A stretch of 64,000 bases of DNA from Azolla caroliniana. Lineage: Eukaryota > Plantae > Polypodiophyta. Location: contig JBHGNT010000022.1 of the NCBI GenBank assembly GCA_043228905.1, positions 10,788,001 through 10,852,000 on the forward strand, given 5' to 3'. The translations under genes and the position numbers were made by a program. Positions 45,798-56,429 of the stretch are shown here, piece by piece. The notes beneath the pieces are model-generated. The model ran no database searches, was not told the origin of the DNA, and saw only the letters and a list, made by a program, of their open reading frames with translations. Within the stretch, counting starts at the first letter, position 1. Each line of letters starts with the position of its first letter.

Positions 45798-46439
45798 CTT
45801 TGAAACCCGTAGCTAAGTACCAGTAAGCTCCAACAGTACTTTACAGTCCATACATGTATTTACTTTCTCAAAGTGGTACTTAGCACATAGCGTATGATAT
45901 GTGTGCAAACACAATGTAATCACAACATCCATAGCCTCGAGCTTGAATCCAACGCCACAGAATACACACCTGCACTCAGAGACACAAACTACAACATAAT
46001 AGCTAAAGGAGAAAAATATGAACCATAGAAGGTAAAAGGAGAGATATCCTCACAGGCATCCTCAGACTTCAAGCCAGTGTTTGTACTGGAGGACTCTCTA
46101 TAATGTGATGACTGGTGATGAGTAAAGTCTTCCTAGTCAACTTCAATGTCACTTGAACTTCACATGCAAAAACACACGTGCTTCACCCTTTCTTTGGTGT
46201 GTGTCTATTTACTTTCTTTGATGGGGGGGTCCACGTTCTTTTCTTTGTGGGTGTCATCACTTCATCTTTGACTAGTGCCTTCTTCGTGGGTGTCTTCTTT
46301 GTCAATTTTCTAGTTCTCACTCTTCTTCTAAAAAAGCTTTCACAACACAGTATTAACTCCCTTCCATAGCTATAAACTAGTAGTTCATACATCAATATAC
46401 ATAGCTGAATACCATTCCTAAATCATGCAGCAAATTACC

Positions 46440-47460
46440 ACACTATAGATATGTGTAGACAACAATACTAAATCAACAAGAACAAGGAGAATAACAACAA
46501 GAAAACAACTTTTCAACATAGCAGTACTAAGTCAAGCATCCCCCTTTCCAACAACAATGAGAAGAAGCAAAGCAGATTCAAGCATATCTTGACCCTCAAA
46601 TGAACACTACACAAAAACAATAACACCACCAACAACAACACGAACATGACATAATAGTCTAGTCCAAAAATAACAAATCATATACTTGTCATCACAGAAT
46701 TACTAAATCTTGACTCACAAATGAACATTGAGAGAAAAAAAACGATAATTGCAACAACATGAACAACAAGAACAAGAACAAGAACATGACATAGTAGTCC
46801 AAATCAAGAGCAAAGCACTTCTTGGACATGCCATTTCCAAGACTCAACAAGTGCAAGATTCATCTCTCACCTCTTGGATGAACACTGGAGAAAACAAGAA
46901 CGAGAACAAGAAGAACAAGAACAATAGATAGAACAAGAGCAAGAACATCTCCAAAAATACTCAACAAGAACATGTTGAGGAACATAACATATACATAAGA
47001 CCATATCATCATAGCACCCCTTTCCATATGTGAACATGTACTAGACTCAACCATATACATGTTACAAGACTCTCAAATGAACACATTTGAAAAACAAGAC
47101 GACAAACATACTCAACAAGAACACGTTGAGGAAGATAACATATAAATAACATCATATCATCATAACGCCCCCTTACCATATGTGAACATGTACAAGACTC
47201 AAGCATATTTCTATACAGGACTCTCAAATCAACGCTTTTGAAAAACAAGACAAATGAAGAACAGGAACAACAACAAACATGCTCAACAAGAACATGTTGA
47301 GGAAGATAATATATAAATAGCATCACATAATCATAACACCCCGTTACCATAATGAGCGTGTACAAGACTCAAGTATATTTCTATACAAGACTCTCAAATG
47401 AACACATTTGAAAAACCAGACATAACAAGAACATTTACAAACAAAATCAACAAGAATATA
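46440..47460. repeat. CAA/GAA-rich degenerate repeats (150-170-bp units)
   Basis: AACAAGAACA(T/C)GTTGAGGAA recurs near 46963, 47114 and 47285. Confidence 0.7.
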
Positions 47461-47769
47461 CCTCTTTCCGAAAAGTTGAAGCTTCTCAATGAATATGTGG
47501 TAGAGTTACAAGTTATTTGCCAACAACTTGTTGTAGATCATGCAGCAAAACCTACAATAGGAGGAGACCTAGATGTTGTGTCGTTTGAAGAGGTTGTTGC
47601 ATGTTTGTTGTAGAGGGGTCATAACAAGGACATCGAGTAGAGATGGTATGAACACAACGAGCAGGAGTGAAAGAGAACACAAAACGTGGTTGGCTGGAGG
47701 TGCAGAGGGTCTGAAGCATCACCACAACTTGAACACTTGTGAATGCAGGAGATGCAAAAATAGATCTGA

Positions 47770-47930
47770 GAAAAAGAGAGAAAGAGAGAGAGAGAGAGAG
47801 AGATCTGAGCGAGACAGACAGAGGTTTGAGAGAGAGAGAGAGAAAGAGAGTAACTTCAACATCCACTTACGTGAGGTAGGAGAAGGAGAGAGAGAGAGAG
47901 AGAGAGAGAAAGAAAGAAAGAAAGAAAGAT
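47770..47930. repeat. (GA)n/(GAAA)n microsatellites
   Basis: Seen directly. Confidence 0.85.
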
Positions 47931-48131
47931 ATATTAACGTCTTCTAAGGCCAAAATTGGCCCATGAGACAAATGGTGTACAACAAAAATGGGATATTTAC
48001 CCATTCATCGAAAGTAAAAATAAAAATAAGATAAAATAGAGTTTAAGCTAAATAGTTCTAAGAAAACAACAAACATGTTCTATATAAAAAACATGTTCTA
48101 CAATGAGAATGATTCTATACTAGGCCTAATT

Positions 48132-51100
48132 TCATTTCCATCCAAGTCTCTCGAAGAGAAGCGGGGGGTCAAAGGGTTGCCATGATGTGGATGTGGCCCG
48201 TGGTCCCCATGTAAGAGGTACCCCAACCATAGCTTCGAGTCGACGTAGCTCACGTTCCCTTATCTTCTTAATCTTTTCTACTCCACGTTGACTTGTGTTG
48301 AAGCCCAACATCCGAGGACGTTTGGTTGCTCTTTGTATTTCTGCTTCCTCAAGGGAGAGGCCGAGCGGCATAAGTGTATCCACATTCATCGTCTCCCCAT
48401 GTTCCTGAAAAATTACACTAGGTACATGTTGATGAGTAGTAAAAGGGTTATGATTAACACTTTGTAATTTATCCTCCCTATGTTGTTTTAGCTCTAAGAT
48501 ATACCTACCTAGTCTCTTTACACTCGGGGTATCTAATAGTTTGGAGAGGGTGGGAGAGGGTCCTAGTATGTCTTGGTATTCCGCCCGTATCTCGGCATAA
48601 GTTGGGCACTTGCATGTGAAGTGATACTCATCCTCTATCTCTATGTGGCATAACCTACATAGCCTTTCCTCTCTAGGGACTCTATTAGCTCGACCATTCT
48701 CAATCTCAAGTTGGTGAGATGATATCCTAAGTTGTCCAATGGCCACCCTTAGTGCATTTGATAAGAAAGTATCTAGGTATCTTGGTCGTGTAATAAACCC
48801 TAACTTAGAGAAGTGCAAGAAGTGTTCCTTATAGTACACCATTTTAGATGGGAGTGGCTCTCGTGGGGTGATCCATTTGTATCGAGTGTAGATTTGCCAT
48901 ATTTCTTGGCGTATCACTTTATTACGATCTTCACGAGAGATTAAAGTTTGATCAGTCCCATGGTTGTACTTAAGGGGAGGTAGGTTATTAATGTCTATGC
49001 CATTTGCAAATAACCAACTCACCACAATGCTATACCAAGAGTTGGTGTCTCCAGACACATGTAAGGATCGGGATGCCTCAAAGGCTCGACGGGATATCCT
49101 ATCTTGTGGTTGACTATGTATCCGATGAATAAAAGCTACCACTTGAAAGAGTGCTTCTACTAACATCGGGGGTAGGCTAAACTCCGCTCTAATAATGTCA
49201 TGTGGTACTGTCGATTTGCTTCGGAGTTGACGTGATAACATCACCACTAAAGGTCTCTCCAATTGCGTCCACATGAAAGATGGTAGACCTGGAGCCCATA
49301 CTACTGATGCATACATGAGGGACGGGGTCACTAATGAGTCGAAAAGCCATCCCTTAGTCCGTGGCTCTTGAAAGTATGCTTGGTGGCATTGTCTCTCTAA
49401 GAGTGAGAGGGATGCATATCCTCTCGTTAGCCTATCTTTGGCTGCCTGGGTCATCGAGAATTTACCTGAGCGAGCACTAAAAGTGACTCCCAAGTATACA
49501 TAAGATCCCACCACCTCAACTAGTTTATGAGAGAGGATGAGGTGACATTTACTCCTAACTCTGGACGATGTATGAAAGATAAGGACTTTAGTTTTCGCTA
49601 GATTCACTACCAGTCCTCGTTGTGTACAAAAGTCATCTAGGGCATTAAGATGCTTTTGTAGGTCGTGTTCCGACTCCGAGAGCAAGACAATGTCGTCTGC
49701 GTAGAGTAAGAGACTAACTTGCGTATCCCCAATAGCCACTCCTTTGCCTCCCTTACGAGCAATAAAATCAGTGATCTCATCAATGTAGATCCCAAAAAGA
49801 GTCGGTGATAGGGGGCAACCCTGTTTTACACCAATGGTGCTAGTGAAACAATCGGATAGGCCACCTGGGCATCTTATGCGCCCATAGACTTGCTCATATA
49901 GGGCATAAATGGCCCAAATCATGTCATTTGGTATCTCCAAGCTCTTAAGTCTATCAAACAACCTCTCCCTAGGAACTGTATCAAAGGCTTTGCGAAAGTC
50001 CACAAAGCAACAATATAGTTTCTTCTTACGAGCCTTTGTTTGGTCAATTAAGCACCTAAGTGTGAAGATGTGGTCAATAGTGGAGAAGGCTCGTCTAAAG
50101 CCAGCCTGCTCAGGTGCTCGAAGACTTAATGTTTCCATATAATCACTGAGCTCCGCTTCCATTACTGCACCATATAGTTTAGCAAGCGTATGACCTATCA
50201 TAATGGTCCTATATGTATTTGGGTCCATTGGGTCCCCTCCTTTATGTATAGGGGCCACAGTGTTCATGGCCCATTGTGGTGGAAAACCCTCGGCGAGGGC
50301 GCGGTTGAAGATTAGAGTGAGAAGGGGAGCTAGGCACTCTCGAGCATATATGATGTGCTCGGCTCGCAATCCTGTGTGGTCCATGGATTTCCTATGTTGT
50401 AATTTTTTTATGACCTTCGTGACCCTAGAGGTCGTGAAAAGTGTCCCCATGGTAGGTCGAGGTGTGGAGGGCATTGGAATGGGTGGTTGGTTCGGGACAT
50501 GGTAGAGTCTCTCGGTATATGTGTGCCAAATATTGGGATCCTCGATGGGTGTTTGTGGTCTCGGTTCCCGTAGTCTCTTCCATGCAAGGGCACAATCCCT
50601 ACTCATGAGCATATGGTAGAGTTCCCAATATTGAGATGCTTCCCAAGCTCGTCTTTTACGACGTGTCATCTTGCGCATCTCTTTGCGAGCCTGTACTAAG
50701 GAGATAGTACCACTGAGTCGCGATACTTTAAGTTGTCTATACAACTCTCTACAATCCTCGTCATACCACTTGTTTTGTGGCATAGACCCTATTCTACTAT
50801 GATTGGAGTCTTTCGTGTATGGGAAGCTACTAGTGGCGGCTGAGTGAAGGATGTGTGTGAGTTCTGTAGTGAGGTTCTCTAAAGGCAAGGAAGAATCAAA
50901 CGAGGAAAGATGGGCTTGAACATGTCGAGAGTAGATGTCCGCGAGCTCATGCGTGAAATGTATTATAGTGTGATGGGTTGGTTTACTAGAGTTGGTGGTG
51001 TGGGAGGTGTCACATTTTAGCTCAAAGTATAGGAAGGTATGGTCTGCCCCAATGGGGCATGGGGCCACCCGGAAGGAGCTAACGATGTGGGTAGCTTCAG

Positions 51101-51884
51101 GGCGTCCTATTAGATAATCAACGGTGCTTTCCCCTCCTCCATGTGGGAAACATGTGAGCTCTTCCGAGCCCGGCCACTTGGCTAAGCCATTATATATGAT
51201 CATCTGGTGTCGGCTTCCAAGTTCAAGCAGATGATGGCCAAAGCTTGTGGCATCCGCACCTTGATCCTTCGATGTACGTGTTATGCCTAAGGCTAAAGGG
51301 TCGACATTCACCATTTCTAGGTTTCTATCCATCTGAAATATTGTGCATTGTCGGGACTGGGTTCTCGCATTGAAATCTCCTACCAGGAAGACTTCCCCTT
51401 GAGAAGAATATCGGATTATGTCATCCGACAAAGGTTCGTATGGAGAAGGCCCATGTGGCGTTCCTTCATCAACTATACTCGCCTCTCCAGCCATATTGTA
51501 GCGGGACCCTTTCGGGGGGAAGTAACAAACTGCGATAAATATCACATGATCCTTACTAGTGAGGACTTTCACCCACATAAAACGGGCTTCTGGGTCTGAC
51601 TTTAGTATTTCTATCCTATTATTTATCTCTTTCCGAAATAATATCGCAACCCCCCCAGACCCTCTAGTAGTGTGTCGACGTGAGGTTTGTCTAAAGACAG
51701 ATTCCCAACGAAAACCGTCAACTCGTGGCAGTCCTCGATTTGGGCTTTGATGTGTTTCTACTACAAAAAGTATATCAGATACTTTCAAAATCTCCTCTAG
51801 ACGGCCAAGATGTGTCCAAAGTGCGCCGTTACAGTTCCATAAAGTGATCCTAAGTTTATTATCTGTCACATGGGCCACACGCCG
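48132..51884 (-). CDS. LINE ORF2: APE endonuclease, reverse transcriptase, CCHC domain
   Basis: WNCNG, VETH, GDFNAR, VDYL and DH (EN). QAGFR, FVDFRKAFD, GVKQGCPLSP and LYADD (RT). LRISSHQLEIENGR…CRLC…EDEYHF..CP. No ATG before codon 101 of the track ORF. Confidence 0.93.
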   Translation of the reverse strand, partial: RRVAHVTDNKLRITLWNCNGALWTHLGRLEEILKVSDILFVVETHQSPNRGLPRVDGFRWESVFRQTSRRHTTRGSGGVAILFRKEINNRIEILKSDPEARFMWVKVLTSKDHVIFIAVCYFPPKGSRYNMAGEASIVDEGTPHGPSPYEPLSDDIIRYSSQGEVFLVGDFNARTQSRQCTIFQMDRNLEMVNVDPLALGITRTSKDQGADATSFGHHLLELGSRHQMIIYNGLAKWPGSEELTCFPHGGGESTVDYLIGRPEATHIVSSFRVAPCPIGADHTFLYFELKCDTSHTTNSSKPTHHTIIHFTHELADIYSRHVQAHLSSFDSSLPLENLTTELTHILHSAATSSFPYTKDSNHSRIGSMPQNKWYDEDCRELYRQLKVSRLSGTISLVQARKEMRKMTRRKRRAWEASQYWELYHMLMSRDCALAWKRLREPRPQTPIEDPNIWHTYTERLYHVPNQPPIPMPSTPRPTMGTLFTTSRVTKVIKKLQHRKSMDHTGLRAEHIIYARECLAPLLTLIFNRALAEGFPPQWAMNTVAPIHKGGDPMDPNTYRTIMIGHTLAKLYGAVMEAELSDYMETLSLRAPEQAGFRRAFSTIDHIFTLRCLIDQTKARKKKLYCCFVDFRKAFDTVPRERLFDRLKSLEIPNDMIWAIYALYEQVYGRIRCPGGLSDCFTSTIGVKQGCPLSPTLFGIYIDEITDFIARKGGKGVAIGDTQVSLLLYADDIVLLSESEHDLQKHLNALDDFCTQRGLVVNLAKTKVLIFHTSSRVRSKCHLILSHKLVEVVGSYVYLGVTFSARSGKFSMTQAAKDRLTRGYASLSLLERQCHQAYFQEPRTKGWLFDSLVTPSLMYASVVWAPGLPSFMWTQLERPLVVMLSRQLRSKSTVPHDIIRAEFSLPPMLVEALFQVVAFIHRIHSQPQDRISRRAFEASRSLHVSGDTNSWYSIVVSWLFANGIDINNLPPLKYNHGTDQTLISREDRNKVIRQEIWQIYTRYKWITPREPLPSKMVYYKEHFLHFSKLGFITRPRYLDTFLSNALRVAIGQLRISSHQLEIENGRANRVPREERLCRLCHIEIEDEYHFTCKCPTYAEIRAEYQDILGPSPTLSKLLDTPSVKRLGRYILELKQHREDKLQSVNHNPFTTHQHVPSVIFQEHGETMNVDTLMPLGLSLEEAEIQRATKRPRMLGFNTSQRGVEKIKKIRERELRRLEAMVGVPLTWGPRATSTSWQPFDPPLLFERLGWK

Positions 51885-52676
51885 TCAATTGGCGGCACGA
51901 TCATTTATTATGACACGTCCGTCCCGGTAGAAAGCACGATGCCCCTCTTTACGAGCTTGTATGACTCGCGGCATACAAGTTTTACGATGCTCAATTTGCA
52001 TCTTGGTCAAGTCTTCATCGAGGTAGATAGGCTCCCCGCCCAAGCCTCGAAGAATTGGTCTCTTTTTAAAAAAGGCGATTCTAGATTCTGAGTCCTTAAA
52101 CTGAAGGACTAAAGCTCTTTTCCTAGTTGTGTCACGCCCTACCCTCCAGGTTTTAGTGATTGGTAGGGCTTCGTACCCTAACATTTTCCCTAATGTTTGT
52201 GCATCTTCATCCGGAGATGCCCCTTCCTTGAGCCCAGTAACTCGTACATTTAGGCGTCGAGCTTGACGCATTTTTTCTTCCTCGAGGGTAGTGTTTACAA
52301 TGTTTTCATCCTTTAGTTCTTTTTTAATATTACGTTTTACTACATCAACCCACCCAGTTTTAGCTAATTCCATATCACTTTTAACCTCTTCTTTAACCTT
52401 TTTTATCTCGTCCTTAATATCCTCTAGGGAAGATATTTCACCATCTTCCCTAGATATCTCGAGGTCCTTAACTTGTTTTCGGAGGTTCACATTGTCTACC
52501 TTAAGTTTCGCTATTTCCGCAAAAAGTAGTTCTTTTTCTTCCTTATCTTTTTGTTTTTCAGCTTCAATTTCTTTCGCCCATTTTTCAAATTTTACTAACC
52601 GGTTAAGGACATCTAAAAATTCTTCCTTACTTATCATTTCGTCGTGTGTTTCCTTATGGTTTCGTCGAGAAGTCAT
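51885..52676 (-). CDS. LINE ORF1 (coiled coil plus RRM-like domain), 263 aa
   Basis: Heptad-rich N-terminus, then RRLNVRVTGLKE…RVGR…LVLQF…IYLDEDLT. Confidence 0.85.
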   Translation of the reverse strand: MTSRRNHKETHDEMISKEEFLDVLNRLVKFEKWAKEIEAEKQKDKEEKELLFAEIAKLKVDNVNLRKQVKDLEISREDGEISSLEDIKDEIKKVKEEVKSDMELAKTGWVDVVKRNIKKELKDENIVNTTLEEEKMRQARRLNVRVTGLKEGASPDEDAQTLGKMLGYEALPITKTWRVGRDTTRKRALVLQFKDSESRIAFFKKRPILRGLGGEPIYLDEDLTKMQIEHRKTCMPRVIQARKEGHRAFYRDGRVIINDRAAN

Positions 52677-52789
52677 GTTGTAATTCAAAGAATAAACGAA
52701 AGAAAAAGTCAAAAAGGGCAGAAAAAACTTAGCCGAGCATCGATGTCTTGCACGCTAGGTACAAGTGTAGAAGCACATTTGTACTCTCT

Positions 52790-53318
52790 CGTCACGACGC
52801 CGTAAGAGGTGTAGGTGATAGCGACGGTCGACAACGATGACAACAACGACGGCGACAAGGGCACCGATTACCCACAACAGCGACGGGTGACGACGATGGC
52901 CAAGAACCGACGACGACGGTGACGGCGGCAAACGTTAGACGTCAGACGACGGCGACGGCGGCAGACGTTAAACGTCAGACGACGGCGGACGGCGACAGTC
53001 GGCAGCGGCAGCAGACGGCGGCTGACAGCGGTTGCAGACGACGACGACAGCAGACAGCAGTTGCAGACGACGGCGGCAGCAGACAGCAGTTGCAGACGAC
53101 GGCGACAGTCTGCAGACGTCAGCGGCAGAAAACGGAGGCAACAGCAGGCAACGGTCGGCAGACGGCAGACGGCAGACGGCGGCAGCAGACGACGACGGCA
53201 GCGTCAGCAGCAGCAGCGACAACAGGCGGCGGCGTCGGCAGCAACAGACGGCGGCGACAGCAAGCGACGCGGCTGCAGACGACGGCGGCAGCAGATGACG
53301 GCCACGTAACGGTCAGAA

Positions 53319-53356
<38 letters not shown>

Positions 53357-53365
53357 CTATGGAGA
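52790..53365. repeat. GC-rich low-complexity (GACGGC/GCAGAC) tract plus (GA)n
   Basis: Seen directly. It may be the LINE 5' UTR or a separate repeat. Confidence 0.7.
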
Positions 53366-53465
53366 NNNNNNNNNNNNNNNNNNNNNNNNNNNNNNNNNNN
53401 NNNNNNNNNNNNNNNNNNNNNNNNNNNNNNNNNNNNNNNNNNNNNNNNNNNNNNNNNNNNNNNNN
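53366..53465. other. Assembly gap (100 N)
   Basis: Run of exactly 100 N. Confidence 1.
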
Positions 53466-54462
53466 ACCACAAGGAGAGCGAGTGCTGGAAGAAGCGCGCC
53501 GACTCAGAGAGGACCGGATCCAGATTAGTTCCTGGGAAAACCGATGCAACCGGGCGTAGTCGCAACCGGAGACAACACTCTGCATCCGATCGCGAATGTC
53601 GGTGAAGTTCCCTTGAGCCATGTCGGGCAGAAAGGGAAACTTATGAACGTGTTACACGTCCCCACAATCACGAAGAATCTGGTGTCGGTCAGGCAGATCG
53701 TTGATCTGGGGATGCAAGTCCGGTTCACGCATCTTGGGTGCTTCATCGAAGAAGAAGGCCGAGTTATTACGCAAGGGCGCAGAGACGGGAGGATGTTTAT
53801 CCTCGACTCTAGTGATGGTGGCACCGCAATGTTCGCGAAAGGACAAAAAATCGAGTCAGATATCGACTTATGGCACAAGCGGATAGGCCACGTTCCACTG
53901 ATCAACGACTTCAGGACCTGCAATCGAAACAGGTGGTGTTCGGATTGCCCAAATTTAGTGGCCAAAAGGCACGAATTTGTGAAGCCTGCCAACTCGGGAA
54001 GCAACACTGACTTCCATTCCCTAACGAGCATAACTGGAGCCGGAACAAGCTCGACTTGATACATTCCGATGTATGGGGGCCGACACAGAACGTTAGTCTT
54101 GGCGGGGAGTCGATATTTTGTCTCCTTCATCGACGACTATACGCGGCACACGTGGATCTATCTCATCGAGAAGAAGAGTTGAAGTCTTCGATTGTTTCCG
54201 GAACCTCAAAGGGTTCATGGAAACGGAAACAGGACGAAAGATCAAGTGCTTGTAGGTCGGATGGCGGAAAAGAATACTTTTCGGTCAATTCAACGGCTAT
54301 CTGCAACAGATGGGAATTCCGCGCGAATTTAGTTGTAGATACATGCCGGAGCAAAACATCGTGGCCGAGAGGAAGAACCGGTCAATTGTAGAAGCGACAC
54401 GGGAAATGCTGGAGGAGAAGAGCTTGCCCAAGTTCTATTGGGCTGAGGCGGTACGAACCGCA
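53466..54462 (+). pseudogene. Copia fragment (knuckle end, protease 3' part, pre-integrase, integrase core)
   Basis: HKESECW, VLHVPTITKNLVSV, LWHKRIGH, HSDVWGP, QNIVAERKNR and FYWAEAVRTA, with frameshifts. Confidence 0.88.
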
Positions 54463-55703
54463 GGCATCACTTCAATGGCTTCGTCCTTGATCCCGTCGGC
54501 CGCCTCCATTGCGCACCGACTCGCCTCGTCCGCCACGACCACGGGGCCTATCTCCCTCTGTGTACAACATCCTATTGTCGGCATGCGTGCTCGTCGACGC
54601 ACCCACGTGGTTCTCCTCTATAAGGAGCATCAACTATAGGTCGAAAAATGACGGCGTATTCTCCCGTGTACACACAGCAGTTCGGAATGCTCCGGACTTC
54701 GATGTCAGTCCCCCAAGACAGATCTGCACCATCTCGCCTTCCTCGACGTTCACATCGATGGAGGCTAAGGAGTCACATATATCTTTGATCTTCGTGGTGT
54801 AATCAGCCACCGACAAATCGCGTTGTCGTAGGTTGCTCAGCTCCTGTCGGAGTTGAAGCTTCCTGGTTGTAGTGCTTGCGGCGAAAATCTTCTTCAGATT
54901 TCCCCAAGCATCTTTCGGCGTTTTTGCATCCCGAATGTAGCTTAGGAGTTGTCCGCTCACACAAGACGCGAAGCAGTACAATACTCTACTCGCCGACTGT
55001 TCCCACACCGGGAAATCTCTGTGTGTCGATTCGGGTGCTGTGTCATTTGCTCCGTTGACATAGCTCCAGTAACCGTGCCCGAGCAGGTACTGGTGCATCT
55101 TGTAGGACCAAGATGCATAGTTGTTTCTATCGAGCTTCTCCGTCGGAAGCGAGCTAGCCATGCCTCTATCCATCGGTTTTACCTGTTCTGCTTGGTTAGT
55201 TTTCCTTTCAAGCTATGTCGGTTGCAGAGGTTCTCAACCCTCGCGCTCTGATACCATGTAAAGAATAGTGTGCAGAAGCCATAGGAAATCGAACACAGAA
55301 AATAGGCAGGTTTAATGGAGAGCTTGTATATGCACAGTACGTGGGAGAGATAGAGAGAGAACACACAGAAAAACACTCGATTCAAAACAATACTCAATCT
55401 GTACATAGGATGTGCTCAGTGAGCACTTTTATACAAGTCCATACGGACTGACAGAAGTACTGACACGTACTTCAATGCTCATAACTGAGCTCTATGCTAA
55501 CTCCCAAAATATATTCCTACGCGGAATATCTTTCCAACGGCCTTGCGGTTTACGCACCACTACGGCTTCTCGTTACGTGCCGGTTTGCGTACTGGTTTAT
55601 GCACCCGTTTTACACACCGGTCTGGCCTAACCGATCGGCCCCAACCGATCCGGTTCTCGGCTTGCACAGCCAATCCGTCCAATGTTGAGCTTGTATCTCA
55701 ACA
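54463..55703 (-). mobile_element. Copia 5' end: LTR (55257-55703), Met-i PBS, gag
   Basis: TGGTATCAGAGC at 55245-55256 and gag EKLDRNNYASW…LRQELSNLRQ. The LTR is related to 14599-14997. Confidence 0.9.
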
Positions 55704-55823
55704 AAAGGAAATATCTCTTCTTAAAACTTAAAGTGCATAAACCATTTAGCCCTAAATCCTTCCGGTCCAGAACCCTAGCGGTTCCGCCTCACGATCCGCA
55801 CTAGCTAGTGGATTTTCATGACA

Positions 55824-55850
55824 CCGCTCTACCAACTAAGCTAAGGTTGG
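55824..55850 (-). pseudogene. 5' fragment of a tRNA-Tyr gene
   Basis: CCAACCTTAGCTTAGTTGGTAGAGCGG. Its upstream flank is homologous to that of 59572-59653. Confidence 0.65.
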
Positions 55851-56429
55851 GTTTTCCTTCTTTTTCATAGTCATAATTTGATTGTCATATGGACCAATCA
55901 GAGGAAATACCTAGCAGAAATTGTCGATCACAAAGCACACCTAGAAGATCTAAATTGTAAGCACCACCAACCTAATCATATTTCAAGGGGCAAGTGTAGT
56001 CTTTTGTCATAACAATTGGGTTTTGGTTGTTCGCCAATCAATTTTGGGCATTTAATGTAGAAAAATTGTTTGTGGCCCAAAATAAAATTTGATCATTGCA
56101 CTCTTATGTCAAAAGTTTCCCTAATCGTAGCTTTGATATTACTACATTTAAAGAATAATATATAGTATCTTTCTAGATTTGAAAATGTTTAAGGTTGGGG
56201 TTTCATTTATTTTCCATGGGGTATAACGAAAATTGTTAAGGTTATTGACAATGTTAGTAATTGGTTTTGTAATAAAGCAAAGGAGGAATGGTGTCAACTC
56301 AAAACTAAGATATTGAGTATTAAACGAGCGGTTGCTTCTTTGCACCATTCTCAACAACATATGCCATGGGCTATGTGGGTGATGTTGGAATTGAATAATG
56401 CAAAGGATAAACTTTGTAAATTATAAGAT

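Larger units (their letters stand above)
48004..53365 (-). mobile_element. Non-LTR retrotransposon (LINE; RTEX/CR1-group-like by inference), coding-intact
   Basis: Open ORF1 and ORF2. Ends and TSD are not resolved, and the 5' side runs into GC-rich repeats and the gap. Confidence 0.85.

Noticed and set aside
32378-48003. Possible TIR pair GAG…CCATTTTGG / CAAAAATGGG…CCC
   Set aside because: Similarity is weak and there is no matching TSD, so it was not called as a feature.
52919-53621. ORFs spanning the N run
   Set aside because: Low-complexity sequence joined across an assembly gap.
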